DNA from: an uncultured Gemmatimonadales bacterium
Lineage (GTDB): Bacteria > Gemmatimonadota > Gemmatimonadetes > Longimicrobiales > Longimicrobiaceae
Assembly: GCA_963716255.1 (NCBI GenBank)
Contig: OY970303.1
Span: 4,288,001 to 4,352,000 of the forward strand
Length of the DNA: 64,000 bases
Reading direction: 5' to 3'
Below are positions 40,091 to 49,905 of the stretch, piece by piece. A program made the position numbers and the translations under genes. Positions within the stretch are counted from its first letter, which is position 1; each line of letters begins with the position of its first letter. Under the pieces are notes generated by a model. It saw only the letters and a list, made by a program, of their open reading frames with translations. It was not told the DNA's origin and did no database searches.

Positions 40091-41251
40091 CTACCGGTCG
40101 CGGTCCAGCATGCCGCCCTCGTGCACGGCGTGGTCGCGCGCGGCCTCCCGCGTGGCCTCGTTGCGCTCCGACTTCTCGTACTCCTCGCGGATGCGCGCCA
40201 TCATCTCGTCGCGCCGGTCGAAGAGGCGGCGGGTGGGGCGCGGCGCGTGGTTGTCCAGCGCGTACGCCGCCAGGATGGGGAGCGCCACGGTGCTGTCCAG
40301 GTAGCAGACCACTGCGTCCGGGAGGCGGTCCGGGTCCACCTTGCCCCAGCTCACCGCCTCCGCCGGGGTGGCGCCGGAAAGGCCGCCGGTGTCCGGGCGC
40401 GCGTCGGTGACCTGGAGGAAGTAGTCGTGCCCCCGCTCGTCGATCCCCATCACCTCCTGGATCTGCGGCTCCGTCTGCAGCGCGAAGTTCTTGGGCGAGC
40501 CGCCGCCCAGGATCCAGATGGCGCTCTTGCCGCCGCTGCGCTTCGCGTCCAGCACGATCGCCGCCGTCTCGTTGACGTCCGCGTTGACGTCGAACATCAG
40601 CCGGTTCCCCTGCAGCGCCTTGGCCGCCACGTTCATCCCGATGGACGAGTCGCCCGGGGACGAGGTGTAGATGGGCACCGCGTGCTCGTACGCCGCCGCC
40701 AGCAGCGACTTGCGCCCGATTCCCAGCTCCGCCTCGCGCGCGGCCACGTACCGGCCGCACAGGTAGTGGAACTCCGCCGTGGACATGGGCCGCTGGAACT
40801 CCTCCGCGGCGATGATCTGCCGGAAGAAGGCGTCGGTGTCAAGCAGAACCGAGTAGTCGAAGAAGATGTCGTAGATGCGGACCACCTCTTCGTCGCGCAG
40901 CGTCACGTCCGACACGTGCGGGTTCCCCTGGCGGAGCTCCAGCCCGATCCCGAAGTGGGTGTCGTGGTACAGGTTGGCGCCGGTGGAGATGATCCAGTCC
41001 ACGAACCCGGCCTCGATCAGCGGGATCACCGCGCTCATCCCCAGCCCGGCCGGCGTCAGCGCCCCCGTCATCGTCAGCCCGATGGTGACGTCCTCGTCCA
41101 GCATCTTCTTCGTGAGCAGCAGGCACGCCTCGCGGAGCCGCGCCGCGTTGTACGCCTGGAAGGTCCCCTCCACCAGTTCGGTGACGGTCATCCCGGGGCC
41201 GATGGGCTTCGGGTCGATGCGCTTGCCGCTCAGGAACTTGCTCTGTGCCAT
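40091..41251 (-). CDS. Deoxyhypusine synthase-like protein (homospermidine synthase type)
   Basis: [32 protein letters not shown]. Confidence 0.9.
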   Translation of the reverse strand: MAQSKFLSGKRIDPKPIGPGMTVTELVEGTFQAYNAARLREACLLLTKKMLDEDVTIGLTMTGALTPAGLGMSAVIPLIEAGFVDWIISTGANLYHDTHFGIGLELRQGNPHVSDVTLRDEEVVRIYDIFFDYSVLLDTDAFFRQIIAAEEFQRPMSTAEFHYLCGRYVAAREAELGIGRKSLLAAAYEHAVPIYTSSPGDSSIGMNVAAKALQGNRLMFDVNADVNETAAIVLDAKRSGGKSAIWILGGGSPKNFALQTEPQIQEVMGIDERGHDYFLQVTDARPDTGGLSGATPAEAVSWGKVDPDRLPDAVVCYLDSTVALPILAAYALDNHAPRPTRRLFDRRDEMMARIREEYEKSERNEATREAARDHAVHEGGMLDRDR

Positions 41252-41373
41252 GGTCCGGACCGAAGTGCGTGGGTGCGAAAGAGCGAAACCACAGAAGGCG
41301 AAGGTGCGAGGGCGGCCGGCGGCGCGAGGATCACACGCCCGCGCTTCCGCACCTCGCACTTTCGCACTTTTTC

Positions 41374-42201
41374 TTACTGCGCGTCCGCTTTCTCGGGGCG
41401 GACGACCTCGTGGTGCGCCGGGGGCGGCTCCGGGGTCTGGCTCGCGCCGCGCGGGGCGACGGGCTTGCGGCAGCGCTCCCGGATCACGCGCACGGTCTCC
41501 TCGGGCGAGTCGGTGACCACCACGAGGTCCAGGTCGGCGGCGGAGATCTTCCGCTCGGCCAGCATGGTGCCGCGCAGCCAGTCCAGCAGCCCCTGCCAGT
41601 AGGCGGAGCCGAAGAGGATCACCGGGAAGTCGCGGACCTTGCCGGTCTGGATCAGCGTCAGCGCCTCGAACAGCTCGTCCATCGTCCCGAAGCCGCCGGG
41701 GAAGATGACGAACGCTTCCGCGTACTTCACGAACATCGTCTTGCGGACGAAGAAGTAGCGGAAGTTGATGGCCACGTCCACGTACGCGTTGATCCCCTGC
41801 TCGAAGGGGAGCTCGATGTTGCACCCGATGGACAGGGCGCCGCCCGCCCGCGCGCCGCGGTTGGCGGCCTCCATGATCCCCGGCCCGCCGCCGGTGATCA
41901 CCGAGAAGCCCGCGTCGCCCAGCAGGCGCGCCGTGGTCTCGGCGGCGGCGTACTGCGGGTCGTCGGGCTTGACCCGCGCCGACCCGAAGATGGTCACCGC
42001 GCGGCCCACGTTCGCCAGGGTGTCGAACCCCTCCACGAACTCGCCCATGATGCGGAAGACGCGCCACGGGTCCGAGTGCAGGAAGTCCGCGGCCGGCGCC
42101 GGCGAGGTCGCGGGCGACTCCAGGAGCCGCTCGTCCTCGGTGGCGGCGCCCATGCGCGAGTTGCGGTTGAGCGAGGGGTTGGGCTGCTCGGGTGCGGACA
42201 T
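41374..42201 (-). CDS. LOG family nucleotide-binding protein
   Basis: [19 protein letters not shown]. Confidence 0.92.
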   Translation of the reverse strand: MSAPEQPNPSLNRNSRMGAATEDERLLESPATSPAPAADFLHSDPWRVFRIMGEFVEGFDTLANVGRAVTIFGSARVKPDDPQYAAAETTARLLGDAGFSVITGGGPGIMEAANRGARAGGALSIGCNIELPFEQGINAYVDVAINFRYFFVRKTMFVKYAEAFVIFPGGFGTMDELFEALTLIQTGKVRDFPVILFGSAYWQGLLDWLRGTMLAERKISAADLDLVVVTDSPEETVRVIRERCRKPVAPRGASQTPEPPPAHHEVVRPEKADAQ

Positions 42202-42392
42202 CTCCCCTGGGGGTGAGCGGGTTCGCGTCGTGGCGGGCGCTCCGCCGCGGGCGGGGCAAGATAGCGGGCGGCGGCGTCCGGGACAAAGCGGCGCGGCGCG
42301 GAGTAGCAATTCCGGGACCGTGGTGCGATTTTCGCGAGCCGTGCGGGCGCGCCGCCCACGCTCCCTTTTCCCGAACGCTCCAGGAGACCGTC

Positions 42393-42797
42393 TTGAAGAT
42401 ACCCGTGGCCTTCCTCGCGGACGAGGCGAACATCTCCCAGGACGGAAAGCTCAACGTCCTGGGGATCTTCGACCGCATCGCCGCGAGCACCTTCCCGACG
42501 GTGCACCCCAAGATGGTGTTCGCCTTCCGCGTGCACGCCGAGTTCGCGGACGCTGGACAGACGTTCGCGGTGCGCGTGCGGCTGATGGACGAGGACGGCG
42601 GGGTGATCTTCGAGGCCAACGGCGAGATCGTGGCGCCCGGCGTGGGCCCCGGCGAGTTTTCCACCGCCAACCAGATCTTCACCCTGGTGGGGGTGCAGTT
42701 CGGCCAGCCGGGGATCTACAAGTTCGTGGTCAACGCGGACGAGCTGGAGCTGCACGAGACGCCGTTCATCGTCGCCAAGGTCAACGGCGGCGGCTGA
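42393..42797 (+). CDS. Conserved hypothetical beta-rich protein
   Basis: TTG start after [16 protein letters not shown]. Confidence 0.75.
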   Translation: MKIPVAFLADEANISQDGKLNVLGIFDRIAASTFPTVHPKMVFAFRVHAEFADAGQTFAVRVRLMDEDGGVIFEANGEIVAPGVGPGEFSTANQIFTLVGVQFGQPGIYKFVVNADELELHETPFIVAKVNGGG

Positions 42798-42837
42798 CCG
42801 GGCGCGGCGCCCGGGACACGAGGCGAAGGAGGGCCCG

Positions 42838-44196
42838 ATGCGACGATCCAGGTGGTGGGCGGTGCCGGCGCTGGCGATGGCGGCCGGGTGCGGGGGAGAC
42901 CGGGAGGCGCGCGGCGGCGGGGAAGCGGACTCCGCGGCCGCGGTCCCGCCGGCGCAGGGCGCGTCCGCCGCGGCGGGGCGGGGGAGGGCGGCGTGCGCGC
43001 CGGACAACGGCGGGATCACCCTGCCGGCGGGCTTCTGCGCGGTGGTGGTGGCGGACGACGTGGGGCGGCCCCGGCACGTCGCGGTGGCCCCCGGCGGCGA
43101 CGTGTACGTGGCCCTCCAGGGGCAGCGCGGCTCCGGGGGCGGCGTCCTCGCCCTGCGCGACACCACCGGCGACGGCAGGGCCGACGTGCGGGAAACGTTC
43201 TACAATCGCGGCGGGACGGGGATCGCGGTGCACGGCGGCTGGCTGTACTTCGCCCCGGACGACGGGGTGGTGCGCTGGCGGATGGAGCCGGGGCGCCTGG
43301 CTCCCGCCGGCCCGCCGGAGACCGTCGTTTCCGGGCTGCCCACGGGGGGCCACGCGGCGAAGAGCATCGCGCTGGACGCGCGGGGCGGCCTGTTCGTGAA
43401 CGTGGGCTCCCTGACCAACTCGTGCCAGCGGCGCGACCGCGAAAGCGAGTCTCCCGGCGAGGATCCCTGCGGCGAGCTGCGCACCCGCGCCGGGATCTGG
43501 CGCTTCGCCGCCGACGGCCGGGGGCAGGCGCAGGCCGCGGGGGAGCGCTGGGCCACGGGGATCCGCAACGGCCTGGCGCTCGCCGTGAGCCCCGCGGACG
43601 GCAAGCCGTACGTGGTCTCCCACGGCCGCGACCAGCTCAGCGGCAACTGGCCGCGCCTGTTCACCGACGCGCAGAACGCCGAGAAGCCGGCGGAGGAGAT
43701 GATGCGCCTGGAGCGCGGCGCCGACTTCGGCTGGCCGTACTGCTGGTTCGACCCGGAGCTGCGCCGCAAGGTGCTGGCCCCCGAGTACGGCGGCGACGGC
43801 CGCGAGACCGGCCGCTGCGCGCAGAAGCAGGACCCGGTGGCGTCCTTCCCTGCGCACTGGGCGCCCAACGCGCTGCTCTTCTACACGGGCGCGCAGTTCC
43901 CGCAGAGATTTCGCGGCGGCGCCTTCGTGGCCTTCCACGGCTCCTGGAACCGCGCCCCCCTGCCGCAGGCCGGCTACCGCGTGGTCTTCGTCCCGTTCCA
44001 GGGCGCCGCTCCCACGGGCCGCTACGAGGACTTCGCGACCGGCTTCGGCGGCCCCGGCATGGCCGAGGGCGACGCCGCCCACCGCCCCACCGGCCTCGCC
44101 GAGGGCCCCGACGGCTCGCTGTACGTGACCGACGACGCGGCCGGCCGGATCTGGAAGATCGTGTACACCGGTGGAACGTCAGGGAACAGGGAATAG
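42838..44196 (+). CDS. PQQ-dependent glucose/sorbosone dehydrogenase family lipoprotein
   Basis: Lipobox AAGC; ATGIRN; FGWPYC; HGSWNR; DGSLYVTDD. Confidence 0.9.
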   Translation: MRRSRWWAVPALAMAAGCGGDREARGGGEADSAAAVPPAQGASAAAGRGRAACAPDNGGITLPAGFCAVVVADDVGRPRHVAVAPGGDVYVALQGQRGSGGGVLALRDTTGDGRADVRETFYNRGGTGIAVHGGWLYFAPDDGVVRWRMEPGRLAPAGPPETVVSGLPTGGHAAKSIALDARGGLFVNVGSLTNSCQRRDRESESPGEDPCGELRTRAGIWRFAADGRGQAQAAGERWATGIRNGLALAVSPADGKPYVVSHGRDQLSGNWPRLFTDAQNAEKPAEEMMRLERGADFGWPYCWFDPELRRKVLAPEYGGDGRETGRCAQKQDPVASFPAHWAPNALLFYTGAQFPQRFRGGAFVAFHGSWNRAPLPQAGYRVVFVPFQGAAPTGRYEDFATGFGGPGMAEGDAAHRPTGLAEGPDGSLYVTDDAAGRIWKIVYTGGTSGNRE

Positions 44197-44232
44197 GGTT
44201 CACCGGTTCACGCGCAGCGTGAAGCGCCACAG
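44195..44232 (+). repeat. Family D 38-bp repeat
   Basis: Exact reverse complement of 49152-49189; contains hairpin TTCACGC-GCA-GCGTGAA. Confidence 0.85.
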
Positions 44233-44257
44233 CCTGCAACGGCAACGGGAACGGCGT

Positions 44258-44442
44258 GCCGTCTGCCGTTCGCGGTTTGCAGTTGAAGCAGTACCCGTAT
44301 GATTCTGTACGGAGGGAGACTCACGCGGCGGTTTGCGTGAGGCTCACTCCGGCGAGGGGAGACAGCCGGGTCGTTTCGGCTGGCTCCCCTCGCCCGTGGA
44401 GGAGACCGGCGGGGCAGTTTCCGCCGGGCTCCGGAGCGGCCC
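44258..44442 (-). repeat. Family B structured element, second copy
   Basis: Homologous to 31640-31815 with altered but still pairing stems. Confidence 0.8.
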
Positions 44443-44464
44443 CACAGCCAGACGAAGCACACCG

Positions 44465-44872
44465 ATGAACGAGATCCGCGTCCGGACGACAAGACGCTGC
44501 GAGCTGGTGGAGATCACGGAGCGCCTGCAGGCAATCGTCGACGAAAACGGCCTGCGCGAAGGCGCGATGGTGGCGCAGAGCCTGCACACCACCGCCGCGC
44601 TGACCGTCAACGAGAACGCCGACCCCGACGTGCATCACGACCTGCTCGAGAAGCTTCAACGCCTGGTGCCGCGCCACGAATCGTTCTACCTGCACGCCGA
44701 GGGGAACAGCGACAGCCACCTCAAGACCAGCTTCTTCGGCCCCTCGCTGACGACGCTGGTGAGCGGCGGCCGGTTGGTGCTGGGCACCTGGCAGGGCGTG
44801 TACCTGTGCGAGTTCGACGGACCGCGCGAGCGCCGGGTGGCCGTGCAGCTCCTGGCCGCGGCGGCGGGCTGA
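44465..44872 (+). CDS. yjbQ: YjbQ family (UPF0047) protein
   Basis: HTTAALTVNENADPDV; HAEGNSDSH; LGTWQG. Confidence 0.92.
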   Translation: MNEIRVRTTRRCELVEITERLQAIVDENGLREGAMVAQSLHTTAALTVNENADPDVHHDLLEKLQRLVPRHESFYLHAEGNSDSHLKTSFFGPSLTTLVSGGRLVLGTWQGVYLCEFDGPRERRVAVQLLAAAAG

Positions 44873-44913
44873 ATGCCGGCGCGCCCCGGGACCCCCCACC
44901 CCCGCGAGGACGC

Positions 44914-45837
44914 ATGCTGAACGGCGCGGACGCCCTGCTGGCCATGGCGCGGCTCGCCGTGCGGGGAATGCGCGCGCCCAGGGCCGGGACGCCGCCCCCC
45001 ACGACCCCCCGCCGCCGGCTCGCGGTGGAGCGCAGCGGCACGGTGCCGCCGCCCGGGCGGCTGGCGGCCTACCTGCGCGCCACCGACGGGGCGCGCATCC
45101 CCGCCTTCCAGGGGGCGGACGCCGTGGCTCCGCCGCTGTTCTGCGCCACCTGGGAAACGCTCGCCACGCTGGAGCTGCTGACGCAGGTGGCGGACGCGCT
45201 CCCCTCCTTTGCCGGGGTGGTGCACCTGGAAAGCGAGACGGTGCCGCTGCGACCCTTCCGCCCCGGCGACCGGGTGCGCTGCCGGGTGGAGCTGGAGCGG
45301 GTGGAGGAGACGCCGCGCGGCTTCCGGCTCCGGGTGACGGCGCGCAGCTGGAACGGCGCGGAGCAGCTGTGCTCGGAGGGGAGCGCCGCCTTCCTGGTGC
45401 GGGCGCGGGGGAGCGGAGCGCCGCGGCAGGCCACCCACCCGCGGGACGCGGAGGCCGCCCCCGCCGCGCTGCCGGAGGGGTGGGAGGAGGTGGCGGGGTG
45501 GTCGCTTGGGGGCGGGGCGGGGCGGCGCTACGCGCGCGCCTCCGGCGACTACAACCCCATTCACCTGTGGGGGTGGACGGCGCGCCCGTTCGGCTTCCGC
45601 CGCCCCATCCTGCACGGCTTCTGCACCGCAGCCATGGTGGCGCACGCGCTGGTGGAGCGCCGCTTCCGCGGCGACCCCGCTGCGCTGCGGCGGCTGGCGG
45701 TCGCCTTCCGCGCGCCGCTGCTCCTCCCCGCCCGCGTGCGCCTGGTCGCCGGCGAGCTGGACGGACGGCACGCCTTCCGGGTGGTGTCGGAAGACGGGAC
45801 GAGGACCCACGCCGAGGGGGACTTCACCGGTATGTAG
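44914..45837 (+). CDS. MaoC/hotdog-fold dehydratase
   Basis: SGDYNPIH; PILHG. Confidence 0.85.
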   Translation: MLNGADALLAMARLAVRGMRAPRAGTPPPTTPRRRLAVERSGTVPPPGRLAAYLRATDGARIPAFQGADAVAPPLFCATWETLATLELLTQVADALPSFAGVVHLESETVPLRPFRPGDRVRCRVELERVEETPRGFRLRVTARSWNGAEQLCSEGSAAFLVRARGSGAPRQATHPRDAEAAPAALPEGWEEVAGWSLGGGAGRRYARASGDYNPIHLWGWTARPFGFRRPILHGFCTAAMVAHALVERRFRGDPAALRRLAVAFRAPLLLPARVRLVAGELDGRHAFRVVSEDGTRTHAEGDFTGM

Positions 45838-45968
45838 AAAAACGAGTGACCTCCGCCCGCTTGGCGCCGTCCTGTACGGCGTGAGGAGCGGGGCGGCCCG
45901 GAGGAGCCGGCCCGCGACCGGGCGCCCGCGGGCGCCGCGGCCGGTTCCACGGGCTCGGAGAGGTCCGG

Positions 45969-46832
45969 ATGAAGGTTGCCATCACGCTCGACCTGCACCA
46001 CGGGGACGAGCCCGACGACATCCTGCTCGCCTGCGAGTTCCTGGGCGAGCGGGGCGTGCCCGCCACGTTCTTCATCCCGTCGTCGCTGCTGGCGGCGCGC
46101 GAGTACGGCGCCGTGCTGCGGCGCATCCCTTCGTACGGGCACGAGGTGGCCAGCCACACGCACCTCCACGACGGCCGCGAGCTGGGCGCGCTGGTGGCCG
46201 GCTCCGGCGCCGACCTGGACTTCCTGGAGCACTCCCGCGCCGTGCACGAGGACGCCTTCGGCGAGCGTCCGGTCTCCTTCCGCTCCCCCGCCTGGTGCTT
46301 CCTGGGCCCCGCCGCCGTGGAGCGGCTTTCCGCGCTGGGCTACCGCGTGGACTCCAGCGCCACGCCGCAGCGCCTGGGCATCTTCAGCTCCGCCCCGTTC
46401 GGCAACGTGTGGACGTACTCGCCGCGCCGCCCCTACCCGCTCACGGACACCCTTCTGGAAGTGCCCACCAGCTCGTTCCTGTTCCCCGCCGGCAACCCCA
46501 CCTTCGCCACGCTGCGCCGCCGGGGGTCGCTGGCGCTGGTGGGGCTCCTCGCCGCCGAGGCGAGGTGGCGCGGGAGCCGGGTCCTCAACCTCCAGTTCCA
46601 CCCCGGCGACTTCACCGCCGCGCCGCGCGGGCCGACGCCGCGGCTTCCCTGGCCCTCGCTGGGCGACTTCCTGCTCCGGCCGCAGGGGGGCTTCGGGTTC
46701 CGCTACTACGTGCGCTGCCTGGATCCCATGCGCGCCGGCGAGCGAACCCGTGCCATCTTCGACCTGCTGGGATCCGCCCGTTTCGTGTCGCTCGCCGGGG
46801 TGGCCGAGGAGCTGACCGTCGGGACGTGGTAG
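45969..46832 (+). CDS. Polysaccharide deacetylase family protein
   Basis: ITLD; ATFF; HEVASHTHLH; FRSP. Confidence 0.8.
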   Translation: MKVAITLDLHHGDEPDDILLACEFLGERGVPATFFIPSSLLAAREYGAVLRRIPSYGHEVASHTHLHDGRELGALVAGSGADLDFLEHSRAVHEDAFGERPVSFRSPAWCFLGPAAVERLSALGYRVDSSATPQRLGIFSSAPFGNVWTYSPRRPYPLTDTLLEVPTSSFLFPAGNPTFATLRRRGSLALVGLLAAEARWRGSRVLNLQFHPGDFTAAPRGPTPRLPWPSLGDFLLRPQGGFGFRYYVRCLDPMRAGERTRAIFDLLGSARFVSLAGVAEELTVGTW

Positions 46833-46851
46833 GGTTTTGACGGCTGGTTTT

Positions 46852-46984
46852 GGGCGTGCCCCCGGCTGGCGCCGGGGTCGGGCTTCGGCTCCGTAACGCA
46901 GCAAACAACGCTGCGTAACGGAGTCGAGCCCCGGCGGAAACAGCCCCGCCGGGTCTCGCCCCTTCGGGCCGGAATCCCTCACGC
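46852..46984 (+). repeat. Family A structured element, full copy
   Basis: GGGCGTG...ATCCCTCACGC. Confidence 0.92.
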
Positions 46985-47025
46985 GGGCGTCGCGCTGGCG
47001 TCCGCCGGGGCAGCGTCCTCGGCCA

Positions 47026-47054
47026 TTGACTGGCTTTGAAACGCAGAGTACTTT
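47026..47054 (+). promoter_or_regulatory. Candidate sigma70 promoter of the B3 MBL gene
   Basis: TTGACT-17 nt-TACTTT. Confidence 0.55.
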
Positions 47055-47095
47055 GAGTAGGCGAAGGCTTGTGGAGCCCATAACCGGGAGGGCGA

Positions 47096-47977
47096 GTGCT
47101 GCGACAACTTGCCAGGCGACGCTGGCTGATTCCGTTGGGGCTCGTCGGTGCCCTCGCCGTGTTCCTCGGCGGCAAGTGGAAGGCCAACGGGGACCGCGGC
47201 GGACAGAAGCCCGCCGAGCCGTTCCGCATCGCCGGCAACCTCTACTACGTCGGCGCGAACGACGTCGCGGCCTTTCTCATCACCGGGGCCGAGGGCCACG
47301 TCCTGCTCGATGGCGGCTATCCCGGCACCGCGCCGATGATCATGGCCAGCATCGCGAAGCTCGGCTTCGACATCCGGGACGTGCGGGTGCTCCTGAACTC
47401 GGAGCCGCACCAGGACCACGCGGGCGGGCTGGCGGAGCTCCAGAAGGCGTCCGGCGCCGAGCTGTGGGCCAGCGAAGCGAGCGCGTACGCCCTCGCCTCC
47501 GGCGGCGACGACCCCGACATCGCCCTTCCGCTCCGGGCCCTCATCCGGACCGGGATCCTCCGCTACCCGCCCGCGCGCGTCGATCACCGGTTCAGGGACG
47601 GCGACACGATCCGCGTCGGCCGGGTCGCGCTCGTCGCGCACGTCACCGGCGGCCACACGCGCGGCTGCACCTCGTGGTCGTTCCCGGTGATCGAAGGGGA
47701 CCGCGTGCTCCACGTGGTGAGCGCCTGCAGTCTGATCGTGCTGGGGGGAATGCGGTACCCGGAGCAGGGGGCCGACCTGGAGCGCAGCTTCCGCGTGCTG
47801 CGCAGTCTCCCCGCCGACGTCTGGGTGAGCTCGCATGGGAGGCTGTGGGGCAGGTACCGCAAGTTCGCCGCGCGCGACACGGCGAGGAGCCCGGCGGACC
47901 CGTTCATCGACCCCGAAGGCTACCGCGCCTACGTCGACACCGCCGAGGCGCGGTTCCGCAGGGGCGTCGTGCAGTAG
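47096..47977 (+). CDS. Subclass B3 metallo-beta-lactamase-like protein, E-x-H-x-D-H variant
   Basis: PFRIAGNLYYVG; SEPHQDHAGG; GHTRGCTSW; SSH; PFIDPEG. Confidence 0.85.
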   Translation: MLRQLARRRWLIPLGLVGALAVFLGGKWKANGDRGGQKPAEPFRIAGNLYYVGANDVAAFLITGAEGHVLLDGGYPGTAPMIMASIAKLGFDIRDVRVLLNSEPHQDHAGGLAELQKASGAELWASEASAYALASGGDDPDIALPLRALIRTGILRYPPARVDHRFRDGDTIRVGRVALVAHVTGGHTRGCTSWSFPVIEGDRVLHVVSACSLIVLGGMRYPEQGADLERSFRVLRSLPADVWVSSHGRLWGRYRKFAARDTARSPADPFIDPEGYRAYVDTAEARFRRGVVQ

Positions 47978-48067
47978 CCTCCGGTGCTCCCATGCACGCC
48001 GCCGGCCCGGCTCGCCGCCGCCCGCCGCGCGTGACGGCCGCGGCGGGCCGGTGCCGCGGCCGTGGGC

Positions 48068-49069
48068 TCACGTCCAGGGGAGCCGCCCCCGCGCCGCCCA
48101 GAACGCCTCCGGCGCCTCCGCGAGATCCGCCAGCCGATCCTCCGCCTCGTCGTCCCACGCCACGTCCAGCGCCGCCGCGTTGGACCGCAGGTGCTCGGTC
48201 GTCGCGGCGCCGCTGAGCACCACGTCCGCCCAGGGGCGGGCGAGCGCGGCGGCCAGCGCGAGCGCGTCCACGGTGGTCCCCAGCCGCTCCGCCTCCGCCC
48301 GGAGCAGGGCGAGCCGGGAAGCGGAGGCCGGGTCGGCGTTGCGCTCCGTCAGCCGCCCGTTGGCGAGCGCCTCCTTGACCACCACGCCCATCCCCGCCGC
48401 GCGGGCCTCCGCCAGCGCCTCCCCGGCCGAGGGTTCCAGCAGGCTCCAGGTGGCCTGCACCGCGCCGAAGACGCGCGCCCCGCCCCGCTCCACCCGGAGC
48501 GCGCGGCGGAGGGTGTCCTCCTGCCGCGCGCCCGTCACCGACAGCCCCACGCGGAGCCCGCCGTCGCGCAGCCGCGCCAGCTCGTCCACTACGCCCGCGT
48601 CGTCCAGCACGCCGCTCTCCAGGGTGGCGGAGTGGACCTGGTACAGCCCCAGGCGCTCGCCCAGGACGGCGCGGCTCTCCGCCCACTGGCGGCGGAGCTG
48701 CGCCAGCGAGTGCTCCTTGACCTCGTGCACCGCGGCGTCGGCGCGCCAGCCGGCGGTGTAGGCGTAGCCCCACTTGGAGCCGACCGTCGCCTCGCCGGGG
48801 GCGATGCCGCGCGCCTCCAGCCACGAGGCCAGGAACTCCTCGGCCCGGCCGTAGCTGCGCGCCGCGTCGAAGTAGCGGATCCCCGCCGCCCACGCCGCGT
48901 CCAGCACCGCGTGGGCGTGGCCGCGCATGGCGTCCACCGAGCGGTCGCGCCCCAGGTCGCCGGCGTGGCCCAGCGTCATGTATCCCGGCCGCCCCAGCGC
49001 CGCCATCCCCAGCCCCAGCGGCGTCACCCGCAGCCCCGTCCCCCCCAGCGTCCGCATCTTCATCTCCAT
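48068..49069 (-). CDS. Aldo/keto reductase
   Basis: FDAARSYGRAE; SKWG; YQVH. Confidence 0.88.
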   Translation of the reverse strand: MEMKMRTLGGTGLRVTPLGLGMAALGRPGYMTLGHAGDLGRDRSVDAMRGHAHAVLDAAWAAGIRYFDAARSYGRAEEFLASWLEARGIAPGEATVGSKWGYAYTAGWRADAAVHEVKEHSLAQLRRQWAESRAVLGERLGLYQVHSATLESGVLDDAGVVDELARLRDGGLRVGLSVTGARQEDTLRRALRVERGGARVFGAVQATWSLLEPSAGEALAEARAAGMGVVVKEALANGRLTERNADPASASRLALLRAEAERLGTTVDALALAAALARPWADVVLSGAATTEHLRSNAAALDVAWDDEAEDRLADLAEAPEAFWAARGRLPWT

Positions 49070-49151
49070 CTCCCCGTCCCCCGAGTGTTCCAGTGCGAAG
49101 CCCGCCCCCGGCACAGAACTCGCCGGAGTCCCCGCCGTCGTAGGCTGTTCC

Positions 49152-49189
49152 CTGTGGCGCTTCACGCTGCGCGTGAACCGGTGAACCCT
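49152..49189 (-). repeat. Family D 38-bp repeat
   Basis: Reverse complement of 44195-44232. Confidence 0.85.
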
Positions 49190-49205
49190 GTCCCCCAGCC
49201 GTTCA

Positions 49206-49634
49206 ATGACCGACAACGACCAGCTTCCCGCCGAGATCCTGCGCGGCGCGCGGACCATCGCCGTCCTGGGGATGAAGGGCGACGACGAGCCCGAGTCACC
49301 CGCCAGCGCGGTGCCGCAGTACCTGGCGGCGCACGGGTACACGATCATCCCCGTGAACCCGGAGCTGGCGGACTCCGGCTACCCGGGCGCCGTCGCCACC
49401 CTCGGCGAGCTCCCACAGGCGCCCGACGTGGTGGAGGTGTTCCGCAGCCCCGAGAACATCACGGAGCACGCGGACGAGCTGCTCGCCCTGAGGCCGAAGG
49501 CCGTGTGGTTCCAGCTCGGCATCCGCAACGACGCGGTGGCGCGGCGGCTGGACGAGGCCGGGATCCAGGTGGTGCAGGACCGCTGCATGAAGATCGAGCA
49601 CCACCTGCTGGAGGCGGGCGGCTCCCCCGCCTGA
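49206..49634 (+). CDS. CoA-binding protein (YccU-like)
   Basis: IIPVNP; VFR; VWFQLG; DRC. Confidence 0.9.
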   Translation: MTDNDQLPAEILRGARTIAVLGMKGDDEPESPASAVPQYLAAHGYTIIPVNPELADSGYPGAVATLGELPQAPDVVEVFRSPENITEHADELLALRPKAVWFQLGIRNDAVARRLDEAGIQVVQDRCMKIEHHLLEAGGSPA

Positions 49635-49905
49635 GCCCCCGTCCTGGCGTATCGGTTCGCGGAAGGGTGTCACGCGCTCGTGGCCTCTCGCAGCCGGGCA
49701 ATTGAACGTCCGGTCCGGAAACCGGTGCGGCAAGGGGCCGCCGGCTCCTCCGGCCAGCCGGCGCCGGTCCTGGCCACCGTGCCGGACCCGCGTGCCTGAC
49801 GCGGAAAGGGGGCGCTCCGCACTCGGAACGCCCCCTTGATGCATGCCCTCGTGCCGATTCCTGCAGGCTCGCGGATTTCCGGGGATCGCGCCCCGGCGAG
49901 CCATG

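Noticed and set aside
44258..44442. TPP or other riboswitch upstream of yjbQ
   Set aside because: No TPP consensus; it is a repeat also present in the opposite orientation at 31640
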